This document shows positions 1 through 8,277 of a DNA stretch of 64,000 bases, one piece after another. Each line of letters begins with the position of its first letter. The first letter of the stretch is position 1. The position numbers and the translations under genes were made by a program. The notes under the pieces are model-generated. The model saw only the letters and a program-made list of their open reading frames with translations. It searched no databases and had not been told where the DNA came from. Source of the stretch: Chloroflexota bacterium (GTDB lineage: Bacteria > Chloroflexota > UBA5177 > JANWHV01); the NCBI GenBank assembly GCA_035534995.1, contig DATLQX010000141.1, forward strand, positions 11,424-75,423, given 5' to 3'.

Positions 1-656
1 AGGCGGTCGCAGAGCGCGTCGGCCTCCTCCAGGTAATGGGTGGTCAGGAAAACGGTCATTCCGCCGTTCCGCAGGCGCCGCACCTCGTCCCACATGTGGG
101 CGCGGCTCTGGGGATCGAGCCCGGTAGTCGGTTCGTCCAGGAAAAGCAGCCGTGGGCGATGGGCCAGTCCCAGGCCAATATCGAGGCGTCTCCGTTGGCC
201 GCCGGAATAGGTTCCGGATAGCCGATCGGCCGCCTCCCCGAGTTCGAGCAGGGAGATCAGTTCATCCGCCCTCTGGCGCGCCTGGGCAGTGGTCATTCCA
301 TAGAGCCGCGCCTGAAAGATCAGTTCGGCTCGCCCGCTGACCTGAGGGTCCGTGCCGCCCCGCTGCCCCACGTAGCCGATCACCTCCCGCACTCGTGCCG
401 GATCCCGGCGAAGGTCAACCCCGGCGATCGTGGCGCCGCCTCCGCTTGGCGTGAGAAGGGTGGCCAGCATCCTCAGGGTCGTGGTCTTCCCGGCCCCATT
501 GGGACCGAGGAAGCCGAACACTTCGCCCGCGGTCACCCGGAGATCCACGCCGGCTACCGCCTCCACGGTCCCGCTTCTGCTCTTGAATACCTTCCGCAAT
601 CCGCTGGTCTCGATGATAGGCGATCCGGCTTCTGAATGTTCCTTATTACTCATCAT
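1..656 (-). CDS. ABC transporter ATP-binding protein (ABC-2/DrrA-like); C-terminus lies beyond the window edge
   Basis: Own reverse-strand translation: MMSNKEHSEAGSPIIETSGLRKVF... Walker A GPNGAGKTT, signature SGGQRRR, Walker B LLFLDEPTTGLD. The ATG at 656-654 overlaps the padR stop (ATGA). Missing from the ORF track because it runs off the edge. Confidence 0.9.
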   Translation of the reverse strand, partial: MMSNKEHSEAGSPIIETSGLRKVFKSRSGTVEAVAGVDLRVTAGEVFGFLGPNGAGKTTTLRMLATLLTPSGGGATIAGVDLRRDPARVREVIGYVGQRGGTDPQVSGRAELIFQARLYGMTTAQARQRADELISLLELGEAADRLSGTYSGGQRRRLDIGLGLAHRPRLLFLDEPTTGLDPQSRAHMWDEVRRLRNGGMTVFLTTHYLEEADALCDR

Positions 657-1282
657 GCCTCGGCCCTCCCATTCTCCGCGCCTCCGCTAGGGACAGGGTT
701 CCGATCCCATACCCAGGCGAGCCGTCCGCTCTCCAGATCACCGACCAATGACCGCACCCACGCCAATTCGGCCCGCCAGAGTATCAGCGTGTGCTCTTGC
801 TCGAGCAGAAGCACACGATGTAGCCCCCCCTCACCCATCAAAGTCTCAATCGCCGCCGCCAATCCACGCACCCTTCCCTCAAGCGCTCCCTCGCGGGCGC
901 GCAGCATCCGGGCTACCTCCGCCGGGGTGAAGTAGGCTAGGAAGCTTACCGCGACGGTAAAGACGGGAAATTCGGTCGCCGGCGTGGTGAGCAGGGATTC
1001 CAGCCACGCCTCGAACTTAAGCCGGCCCTGGTCCGTGAGGTGATAGACCGTGCGCTCAGGATGCTTCCCCTCCCTGAACGTCTCTCCCGCCTCGACCAAT
1101 CCACCCCGAACCAGGCGGTTCACCGCGTCGTAGAAGCTCCGTGTCTTCCCCACCGCGAAGTCGTTGTGACGCTCACGAAGCAGCCGTTGCATTTCGTAGG
1201 GATGGCGCGGCTGCTCCGCCAGCAGCGCCAGCACCGCCAGGGCGATCATATTGTCCTCGGATCCAATTCGCGAAGCGGCCAT
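653..1282 (-). CDS. PadR family transcriptional regulator
   Basis: 209-aa ORF. PadR winged-helix pattern LAEQPRHPYEMQRLL...KTRSFYDAVNRLVRGGLVE...RTVYHLTDQGR. GGAGG sits 7 nt upstream of the ATG at 1282. Translationally coupled to the downstream ABC ATPase. Confidence 0.85.
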   Translation of the reverse strand: MAASRIGSEDNMIALAVLALLAEQPRHPYEMQRLLRERHNDFAVGKTRSFYDAVNRLVRGGLVEAGETFREGKHPERTVYHLTDQGRLKFEAWLESLLTTPATEFPVFTVAVSFLAYFTPAEVARMLRAREGALEGRVRGLAAAIETLMGEGGLHRVLLLEQEHTLILWRAELAWVRSLVGDLESGRLAWVWDRNPVPSGGAENGRAEA

Positions 1283-1308
1283 AGGGAAACCTCCACTAGA
1301 TGATTTCT

Positions 1309-1338
1309 ACTATAGGACGTCGCGCTATAGCCTGTCAA
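1309..1338 (-). promoter_or_regulatory. Putative sigma70-type promoter of the padR-ABC operon (TTGACA, 18 nt, TATAGT) carrying a CTATAG direct repeat
   Basis: Reverse strand reads cTTGACAggctatagcgcgacgtccTATAGTagaaatcatctagtGGAGGtttccctATG. The -35 is at 1338-1333 and the -10 at 1314-1309. CTATAG occurs twice and could be the PadR operator. Confidence 0.45.
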
Positions 1339-1363
1339 GCTGGCGCCGATCGTACCTAAGCGG

Positions 1364-1534
1364 CTAGGAGCGCGGGTCGCCAGGCCCGCCCTCGTGACCA
1401 CCCGCCGGTCGCGTGTGTGCTACCCAGATAACGATCCGTCGCCCAACCAAGCGGGCCTGGCGACCCGCGCTGCTAGAAAGCTCCCTTGACCACCAACGCG
1501 AGCGGACGGATCGGTCCGATCGGTCCGATCCGAC
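1364..1534. repeat. Intergenic mosaic repeat, copy A: 26-bp inverted repeat plus GATCGGTCC tandem
   Basis: 1364-1389 ctaggagcgcgggtcgccaggcccgc is the reverse complement (1 mismatch) of 1451-1476 gcgggcctggcgacccgcgctgctag. 1509-1534 gatcggtccgatcggtccgatccgac. The same modules recur at 31291-31416. Confidence 0.6.
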
Positions 1535-1614
1535 GGGCGCGGACCCTACTCGCCAGCAGGAGATACCCGCGCGTTGCTATGATCATGCGAGAGTCATGTG
1601 TGAACCGGGAGGAA

Positions 1615-2718
1615 ATGATGGAGTTTGACCCTACGATTCTGGCTTCCCTGCGCGCCGATCTGGCCGAATTGACCGCCCTGCATGGGCCCTCGGGCGCCGA
1701 GCAGCCGGTGATTGCCCGCCTCCGCGACCTCTTCGAGCCCCTGGTAGACAGGGTCGCGGTGGACCACATGGGCAACCTGACCGCGACCAAGGATGGCCCA
1801 CATGGGGCGCCTCATATCGTGGTCGCCGCCCACGCGGACGAGATCGGCGCCACGGTCGCGGCGATCGAGCCGGACGGTTTTCTCCGCCTCTTCGCCCTGG
1901 GCGGGGTGCAGCCGCGGCTCCTGGAGGGTCGGCCCGTTTCGGTGCACGGGCGTCCCGGCGTGATCGGCGCCCGATCCGGACATTTGGTGGGCAGCGCCGC
2001 CGGCGGAGCCGGAATCGCCGATCTCTACGTGGATCTGGGGGTGGACACCGCGGACGAGGTAGCAGCTCTGGGGATCCGAGTTGGCGATCCGGTGACCGTG
2101 GTCTCCGAGTTGCGCGATCTTACGGAAAACCGGGTGTCCGGCAAGGGCATCGATAACCGGGCGAGCTGCGTTATCCTGCTTCACCTTCTCCGGACCCTCC
2201 GCGACCGGCCGCTGCCCTATACGCTGACCGCGCTGGTCGCGGTGCAGGAAGAGGTGGGCCTACGGGGCGCGGCCGCCGCCTTCTCCCGCCTCCGCCCAGA
2301 TCTGGCCATCGTGCTGGACACCGCGCCCGCCGGAGGAACCCCAGATACCCGCCACCTGGCCTATCCCATTCACATTGGTCACGGCGTGCTGATCCAACCG
2401 GCGGGCGGTTCAGGCGATATGGGCTTCTTGATGCCCCGATCGGCGCGGAATGCCTTGATCGAGGCGGCCGAGAGAGCGGGTATCCCCTATCAACTTGGCG
2501 TCTCGGCCGGGGGCGTGACTGACGCGGCGGCGGCTCATCTGGCGGCCGGAGGGATCCCTACCCTCCAGATCCAGATTCCCCGCCGCTACTCTCACTCTCC
2601 GGTTGAGCTGCTTGATCTCCGCGATCTAGCCGCCGCCCTCCATCTGACCGAGGAACTCCTCCGGCAGCCACCGAGCGCGGAGCAATTGGCGTTTTTGCCG
2701 ACTTCTACGCCAGGATAA
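1615..2718 (+). CDS. M42 family metallopeptidase (glutamyl aminopeptidase / FrvX-like)
   Basis: ORF 1486-2718. Family pattern LHGPSGAEQPV...VDHMGNL...VVAAHADEIG...GKGIDNRASC. GGGAGGA precedes the ATGATG at 1615, so the longer TTG-started extension is unlikely. Confidence 0.85.
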   Translation: MMEFDPTILASLRADLAELTALHGPSGAEQPVIARLRDLFEPLVDRVAVDHMGNLTATKDGPHGAPHIVVAAHADEIGATVAAIEPDGFLRLFALGGVQPRLLEGRPVSVHGRPGVIGARSGHLVGSAAGGAGIADLYVDLGVDTADEVAALGIRVGDPVTVVSELRDLTENRVSGKGIDNRASCVILLHLLRTLRDRPLPYTLTALVAVQEEVGLRGAAAAFSRLRPDLAIVLDTAPAGGTPDTRHLAYPIHIGHGVLIQPAGGSGDMGFLMPRSARNALIEAAERAGIPYQLGVSAGGVTDAAAAHLAAGGIPTLQIQIPRRYSHSPVELLDLRDLAAALHLTEELLRQPPSAEQLAFLPTSTPG

Positions 2719-3361
2719 AGGCGATCAGCAGCCCGTCCTGCCCATCGCGAGTAGGGAGGATAATCGCGTCCAGACGAGGATTGGCGGCCGCCGCGCGATT
2801 CATCGTGTCGATGGCCCTCACCCCTTCATCCAGGTTATTCGGGTCCGCGACTCGACCCTGGAACAGGGCGTTGTCGGCCACGATCAGGCCGCCTGGGCGA
2901 ACCAGGCGGAGACACCAGTCCAGGTACGCGGGATAGGACGGCTTATCGGCATCAATAAAGGCAAAGTCAAACCGCTCCTCCGATGCCAGGGCGGGCAGGA
3001 GATCGATTGCCCGCCCGAGCCGTACTTCAGTCCGGTTTGCCAACCCGGCATGAGCCAGATTCTCGCGGGCGATCGCGGCGTGAGTCTCGCTCGCCTCAAG
3101 CGAGATGAGGCGCCCATTCTCGGGCAGGGCACGGGCCAGATGGATACCACTGTATCCTCCCAAGGCGCCAATCTCCAGGATGCGTCGCGCGCGCACCGAG
3201 CGCGCCAGAATGGTCAGCAGCCTCCCCACCTCCGCCGGCACCTGGATGGTCGGGAGATTTGCCTCCCGTGCGCGGGCCAACGTGGCATCCAGAGCTGCGT
3301 CTGGAGCGAGAAATAGATCACGAATATAGGTTCCCACATCGGTATGTTCACTTGCGGCCAT
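2705..3361 (-). CDS. Class I SAM-dependent O-methyltransferase (family 3, caffeoyl-CoA OMT-like)
   Basis: LEIGALGGYSGIHLA (SAM motif I), FDFAFIDADKPSYPAYL, GGLIVADNALFQG. The second ATG (3361) has GAGGAGGG 9 nt upstream. The 3' end overlaps the convergent M42 gene by 14 nt. Confidence 0.85.
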   Translation of the reverse strand: MAASEHTDVGTYIRDLFLAPDAALDATLARAREANLPTIQVPAEVGRLLTILARSVRARRILEIGALGGYSGIHLARALPENGRLISLEASETHAAIARENLAHAGLANRTEVRLGRAIDLLPALASEERFDFAFIDADKPSYPAYLDWCLRLVRPGGLIVADNALFQGRVADPNNLDEGVRAIDTMNRAAAANPRLDAIILPTRDGQDGLLIAFILA

Positions 3362-3593
3362 TAGATTAAGCCCTCCTCGCTTCATGGTACGCGGTTTAAG
3401 AGGTAAACCGTGGCTTCATTGCCGCCCGACCCAGCACTAGCCCATTTCCCTTGAAGCCCTGGGTCGGATGGCTGATGCCCATTGCCGGACAATGCGCGAG
3501 GCTATAGGTGGGCCATGGCACGGGTTTCAGGGACGATCCGGAAAGCGGCAAGCGCTGAAGCCGGGGTCGGCCCGCTGAAGAAAGGAAACGATC

Positions 3594-3869
3594 ATGGATG
3601 AGGAAACCATCAAAGGGAAGACGCAACAGGGAACCGGTTTCGTGAAAGAGAAAATGGGGCAGGTAACCGGCGATCCGAACCTGGAGGCCCAGGGAAAGAA
3701 TGACCAGGCCGCGGGCAAGGTGCGCGAGGGGTTTGGCAACGCACGTGGCAAAGTGCGGGATGGGGTGGACGCACTCGCTGATAAGGCGAGCGAGGCCGGA
3801 GCTCGCGTGCGTGATGCCGCTGACCGGACAGGCCGTGCCGGTGACCAGAGCACGGATTCGACAATCTAA
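3594..3869 (+). CDS. CsbD family general stress protein
   Basis: 91 aa, KGKTQQGTGFVKEKMGQVTGDPNLEAQGKNDQAAGKVREGFG, a typical CsbD repeat pattern. Confidence 0.85.
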   Translation: MDEETIKGKTQQGTGFVKEKMGQVTGDPNLEAQGKNDQAAGKVREGFGNARGKVRDGVDALADKASEAGARVRDAADRTGRAGDQSTDSTI

Positions 3870-3887
3870 CCCTGGGTTGGCGATCCG

Positions 3888-3951
3888 GTAGGGGCATCTC
3901 TTGTGAGTGCCCTGGACCTGGCCCCAGGGCACCCACAAGGGATGCCCCTAC
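3888..3951 (+). repeat. GTAGGGGCA...TGCCCCTAC palindromic element (REP-like); probable csbD terminator or mRNA stabiliser
   Basis: 28-nt arms: gtaggggcatctcttgtgagtgccctgg (3888-3915) and ccagggcacccacaagggatgcccctac (3924-3951), 2 mismatches, 8-nt loop, no U-tract. The termini match the element at 55052-55117. Confidence 0.6.
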
Positions 3952-3991
3952 TACTGGAGGAAAGTTTTCCAGAACTGAAGGGAGAAGAACG

Positions 3992-4600
3992 ATGGCCCGC
4001 GCGATTATCGGCCTCTTCAATACCCAGGTCATGGCCAATTCCGCCCTGCGTGATCTGAGGGCGAACGGGTTCGCCGAGGAAAATCTTGGCCTGGTGGTGA
4101 AAGATCTCGAGCACGGCGGCGTCCTGAGCACCGCCGAGGCCGACGTGGCTCTCCGACCGGAGCGGGTTACGGAGGACGCGGTGGCGGGAGGACTTCTGGG
4201 TGGGGCGATCGGCGCTTTTCTGGCGGTAAGCGGGGCCCTGGTGATTCCGGGAATCGGGCCGTTCATCGCGGGCGGCATCCTGGTGACCCTCCTTGGCGGC
4301 GGCGCCGGCTGGCTGGTAGGTGGATTGGCCGGCCTGGGAATTCCCGAGGAGGATGCTCGCTACTACCAGGAGCAGGTGGAATCCGGCCGGGCCCTGGTAA
4401 CTGTGCTGGCGGGTGACCGCGAGGAGGACGCCGTACGGATCCTGCTTCGACACGGGGGCGAGGTAAATAGACTGGGCGGGACCAGTCTCCCGCTGGAGGC
4501 CGAGCCACGGACGGCGCCCGTGCCACGCTCCGAGGACTACCAGCCCGCCTCGAACGACGCTCCCGCTCCCGCGATCCCGGCCGGTGCCGCGAGTGCGTAG
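3992..4600 (+). CDS. General stress protein 17M/YflT-like domain protein with a glycine-zipper membrane segment
   Basis: N-terminus MARAIIGLFNTQVMANSALRDLRANGFAEENLGLVVKD. Gly-rich TM GGLLGGAIGAF...GGGAGWLVGGLAGLGIPEEDARYYQEQVESGRALVTV. Confidence 0.7.
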   Translation: MARAIIGLFNTQVMANSALRDLRANGFAEENLGLVVKDLEHGGVLSTAEADVALRPERVTEDAVAGGLLGGAIGAFLAVSGALVIPGIGPFIAGGILVTLLGGGAGWLVGGLAGLGIPEEDARYYQEQVESGRALVTVLAGDREEDAVRILLRHGGEVNRLGGTSLPLEAEPRTAPVPRSEDYQPASNDAPAPAIPAGAASA

Positions 4601-4765
4601 TGGTCCCCCGCTCCGCCGACCGAGGTCAGGTGGTAGCGGACGACGACCGCGGTCGGCGGTCAAGAACCCTCGGGGGACCGGTGCGGGTGAACCGCTACAG
4701 GTACTTGGTCAACCTGCATCCGTGATCTGCTCCGACCGCGATCGGCCCGGCGCTACCACCCGACC

Positions 4766-5485
4766 TCAGTCGGGGGAACGGGCGAGGGCGTTCGCTCGCG
4801 CGGCGAGATGGTCATGGGACTCCAGCTCCGGGGTCGAGGATCCCGATTCCCAGTAGAGCGGCTCGGCCAGAGCCATTTCGTCCACGCGCACGCATCGAAG
4901 GCCCCGCTCCTTCAAGCCGGCAATGATCCGCGGCATCGCCTCCAGCATGGGGAGAGGGCGGCGCAGGCGAATCGCCGCTTCCTCGTTCTCCGCCCCGTCA
5001 TGAAAGACGATGATTGATCCGGATCCGAGCTTTGGATGATCCAGAACAGCCCGGACGATGGTGTCCGGATCGGTGGTCTGCCAGTCGTCGGAGTCGATAT
5101 CGCGGCCAATGGTGTGGCTCTCGGGCAGTTGGGCGATGCGGGACTGGAAATAGGATGCATAGTTGAAGGTGTGCGGGCGCAGGTACCGGCTCGGGGCGCC
5201 GGTGAGATGACCGATCACCGCCTCCGCCTGGTCATAGTCGCCGATCCAACCTTGACCCTCGTAACCATGGTTCCCGACCAGATGGCCGCCGGCGAGCACG
5301 CGATCCACGGTCCGGGGAAAGCGTTCCGCCCACTTGCCCATGGTAAAAAAGGTCGCGCGAGAACCTGTTTTCGCCAAAATCTCCAGGAGTTGCTCGGTTC
5401 TTGGCGGATTTGGGCCATCGTCGAAGGTGAGAGCGACCTTTGGCTCGGTCGCGATTCCTCGCACGTAGACAGGATACCTGGTCAT
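4766..5485 (-). CDS. Polysaccharide deacetylase family protein (CE4)
   Basis: ALTFDDGPNPPRTEQLLEILAKTGSRATFF...GHLVGNHGY. GGAGG lies 6 nt upstream of the internal ATG (MTRYP). Confidence 0.85.
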   Translation of the reverse strand: MTRYPVYVRGIATEPKVALTFDDGPNPPRTEQLLEILAKTGSRATFFTMGKWAERFPRTVDRVLAGGHLVGNHGYEGQGWIGDYDQAEAVIGHLTGAPSRYLRPHTFNYASYFQSRIAQLPESHTIGRDIDSDDWQTTDPDTIVRAVLDHPKLGSGSIIVFHDGAENEEAAIRLRRPLPMLEAMPRIIAGLKERGLRCVRVDEMALAEPLYWESGSSTPELESHDHLAARANALARSPD

Positions 5486-5509
5486 GCAAGCCTCCATCAG
5501 CGTATCGGA

Positions 5510-6340
5510 CTAATAACTTAGTTTTCCTTCGGCGTTCGTGCGATCAACGATCGCTGCCGGACTTCGACTCCAGCCCGTGTCGGCCAGATCCGCTTGCAGG
5601 CCGGTCAGCATGTAGTGCACCTCGCTCGCCAGGGCGCAAAATTGGAAACCCTCGGCGATCCGCCGGCGAACCCCGGCGGCATTCGAGCAGTGAATCCCAG
5701 GCGCGACCCCGTGGCGGCGGCACGTATCGCCAATCGTGGCGATCGCCGCCTGAAGTTCAGGGTGGTCGCTTTCCAACGGCACTCCCACCCCGATACCCAT
5801 TGAGGCAGCAAGATCGTTCGGTCCGATGAAACAGGCGTCGATCCCCGGCACGCTCAGGATCGCGTCGGCGTTCTCGACTCCCTGGATGTGCTCGATCTGC
5901 ACCACCAGCAGCAGTTCGTCGTTGGCATGGCCAAAATAGTGGGCCGTCGGGGCGTCAAAGCTCGCCCCATGGCGGCGTCCGCCCACGCTCCTGGCCCCCA
6001 GGAGGGGGTACCGTATGGCGGCGGCGGCCTGCTCCGCCTCGGCTCGGGTGTTGACCATGGGGACAACCACGCCCCAGGCCCCGGCGTCCAGCACGCGCTT
6101 GAAATGTTCCGGGTTATTCCAGGGAATGCGGACCATCGGTGCCGCCTGGCAGTGCGCCATGGCGGTAAACATCAAGGACAGCGTCCTGATATCGATCGGG
6201 CTATGCTCCGTGTCCACTACCAGCCAGTCGAACCCGAGCCCACCGACGAACTCCGCCGTCTCGGGCGAGGGGAGGCCCAGCCACGTGCCAATTGACGGCT
6301 CGCCCGCCGCCAAACGCCGCTTCACATGATTCGCGCGCAT
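5510..6340 (-). CDS. HpcH/HpaI family aldolase (2-keto-3-deoxy-acid aldolase)
   Basis: MRANHVKRRLAAGEPSIGTWLGLPSPETAEFVGGLGFDWLVVDTEHSPID, the typical HpcH/HpaI N-terminus, plus QIEHIQGVENADAI. Confidence 0.85.
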   Translation of the reverse strand: MRANHVKRRLAAGEPSIGTWLGLPSPETAEFVGGLGFDWLVVDTEHSPIDIRTLSLMFTAMAHCQAAPMVRIPWNNPEHFKRVLDAGAWGVVVPMVNTRAEAEQAAAAIRYPLLGARSVGGRRHGASFDAPTAHYFGHANDELLLVVQIEHIQGVENADAILSVPGIDACFIGPNDLAASMGIGVGVPLESDHPELQAAIATIGDTCRRHGVAPGIHCSNAAGVRRRIAEGFQFCALASEVHYMLTGLQADLADTGWSRSPAAIVDRTNAEGKLSY

Positions 6341-6580
6341 CGTCGCCCACTTTCTACAAGAGAACTCTGAACAGTCAGAGTATAGCCAGACCGCGACTGC
6401 TGTACACTAGGTACCGCGCGCGCCCCTCATCCTGCGTTCTCGCCAGGGCCAGTCGTCCTGCTATACTCATCCTGTTCTATTGATGTACTAGGGTAATCCG
6501 GCAAGCGTGCGAGCCGGATCGAGACCACGATCCGGCCGGTACGGCTGTAGCGGCCCGGAGAGAGGAGTGTTTGGGGGCTT

Positions 6581-8227
6581 ATGCGTACTCGTCGTCTCGT
6601 CGCCCGTCTTGGCGCGGCCGCCGTTCTCGGTATACCAACGCTCGGGCTGGGTACCCACTTGAGCGCTCTCCGGCCGGCCAGGGCGGCCGCCGCGGGCGGA
6701 TCGATCACGGTGGATTACAGCATCGACGCCGCCACCTTCGATCCGGCGGAGTCGATCAATCCACCGGATAACGGGATCACCACCGGTGCGTTATTCAGTG
6801 GGCTCTATCGGATTAACGTGCAGGGTAAGCTCGTCCCCGATATTGCCGCCGGCTTCCCTCAGGTATCGGACAGTCAGAAGGTTTTCACCGTCCACCTCAA
6901 ACACGGAGTCATGTTTAACGGGGTCGGATTTACCGCCCGTGAAGTGACCGCCGCCGATGTGGTCTACACGATCAACCGGACTCTGAATCCCAAGCTCAAG
7001 CCGCAAGCCTCTCCCTTCGCGGGCGATGACATGGCCATCCAGGGCGCTGCCGCTTACGTAAACGGGAAGGCGGCCAGCGTCTCCGGGGTGCAAGCACTGG
7101 ACAAGTATACAGTCCGTTTTACCCTGGCTCGCTCGCTCTCGTCATTCCCCTACGCCCTCGCCTACACGGGAAACTTCATCGTCCCCAAGGAGGCGGTCGC
7201 CAAATACGGGGTTGATTTTGGCTCGCATCCGGTGGGAACCGGCCCCTTCATGCTCAAGCAGTGGGTGAAGGGCCAGAAGGCGATCCTGGTCCGGAACCCT
7301 CTGTATTTCGTCAAGGGCCTCCCGTACCTTGACGGCCTTACCTTCGAGTTCAACGTGGGGAAGAACCTGGAAGTGCTACGGTGGAAAAGCGGCCAGATCG
7401 ACGCCATCGGCGACTCCTCGGATTTGAGCCCCGAGACGGCGTTCGAGCTGTTGAACGACCCCACGTACAAGCAATACGTCGAACCCACCCAGCCTTCAGG
7501 TACGACCAACGTCCTCTATATCAATAACCTCATCCCCCCCTTCAATAACAAGCTGGTCCGCGAGGCCGTGGCCTACGCGATCGACAAAAAGCAACTGGTG
7601 AAGCGTTACCGGGGGCAGGCCACGGTCAGCACGCAGATTTACCCACCGGCCGTCACCCAGCACGATCCCAGCTTCCAGGGCTACCCGTACAATCCGGCCA
7701 GGGCCGCGGCGCTGCTGAAGCAGGCCGGCTACAAGGGAACACCAGTGGAGGTGCTGGTCGATGAAGGGGCATCGAACGATCCGGTGGAGGAGCCGGTGGT
7801 AGTCCAGGATCTCCGGGCCGCGGGCTTCACGGTGAAGGTGAAAGGGGTATCCGACTCAGTGGCCGGCAACTTGATCTTCACCAACAAGGGATACACGATC
7901 ATCTTCGGCTATTGGAGCATGGACTATCCCGATGCCTTCGACTTCGTGGATCCCACCTATACCTCGGATGGGTTCAACGGCGGCTTGAACTTCAGTCGCT
8001 ATCAGAATCCGCGGGTCGATACATTGGCCGCCCAGGCCGAGGCCCTGCCTTTTGGCGCCGCCCGCGACGCGGTGTACGCCAGGATCCAGCGGATCCTGGT
8101 GGACGACGTGGCGGCGGTCCCGTTATTCTACCGGTTGCGGTTCAATCTGGATGGCCCCCATGTGGCCGGCCTTGGCTGGACTCCGGCTTATAGCTTTAAC
8201 GAATGGGCCTACGCCCAGCGGCGGTAG
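6581..8227 (+). CDS. ABC transporter substrate-binding protein, family 5 (peptide/nickel type)
   Basis: 548 aa with a signal-like N-terminus. The overall pattern is typical of SBP_bac_5, and permeases follow. Confidence 0.85.
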   Translation: MRTRRLVARLGAAAVLGIPTLGLGTHLSALRPARAAAAGGSITVDYSIDAATFDPAESINPPDNGITTGALFSGLYRINVQGKLVPDIAAGFPQVSDSQKVFTVHLKHGVMFNGVGFTAREVTAADVVYTINRTLNPKLKPQASPFAGDDMAIQGAAAYVNGKAASVSGVQALDKYTVRFTLARSLSSFPYALAYTGNFIVPKEAVAKYGVDFGSHPVGTGPFMLKQWVKGQKAILVRNPLYFVKGLPYLDGLTFEFNVGKNLEVLRWKSGQIDAIGDSSDLSPETAFELLNDPTYKQYVEPTQPSGTTNVLYINNLIPPFNNKLVREAVAYAIDKKQLVKRYRGQATVSTQIYPPAVTQHDPSFQGYPYNPARAAALLKQAGYKGTPVEVLVDEGASNDPVEEPVVVQDLRAAGFTVKVKGVSDSVAGNLIFTNKGYTIIFGYWSMDYPDAFDFVDPTYTSDGFNGGLNFSRYQNPRVDTLAAQAEALPFGAARDAVYARIQRILVDDVAAVPLFYRLRFNLDGPHVAGLGWTPAYSFNEWAYAQRR

Positions 8228-8277
8228 TCGGTGGCGAGGGTCGCGGCAGGGTGTGACTCAGCGCGACCCTAGCCGGA

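Noticed and set aside
1364-1476. Interpretation of the 113-bp unit bounded by 26-bp inverted repeats as a bona fide MITE.
   Set aside because: No target-site duplication is visible at the borders, and the second locus carries only one arm. It is retained only as a generic mosaic repeat.
3955-3990. SigB-like promoter (GTTT...GGGAGA) upstream of the yflT-like gene.
   Set aside because: The spacer is too short (about 10 nt), and the GGGAGA is better explained as the gene's Shine-Dalgarno site.
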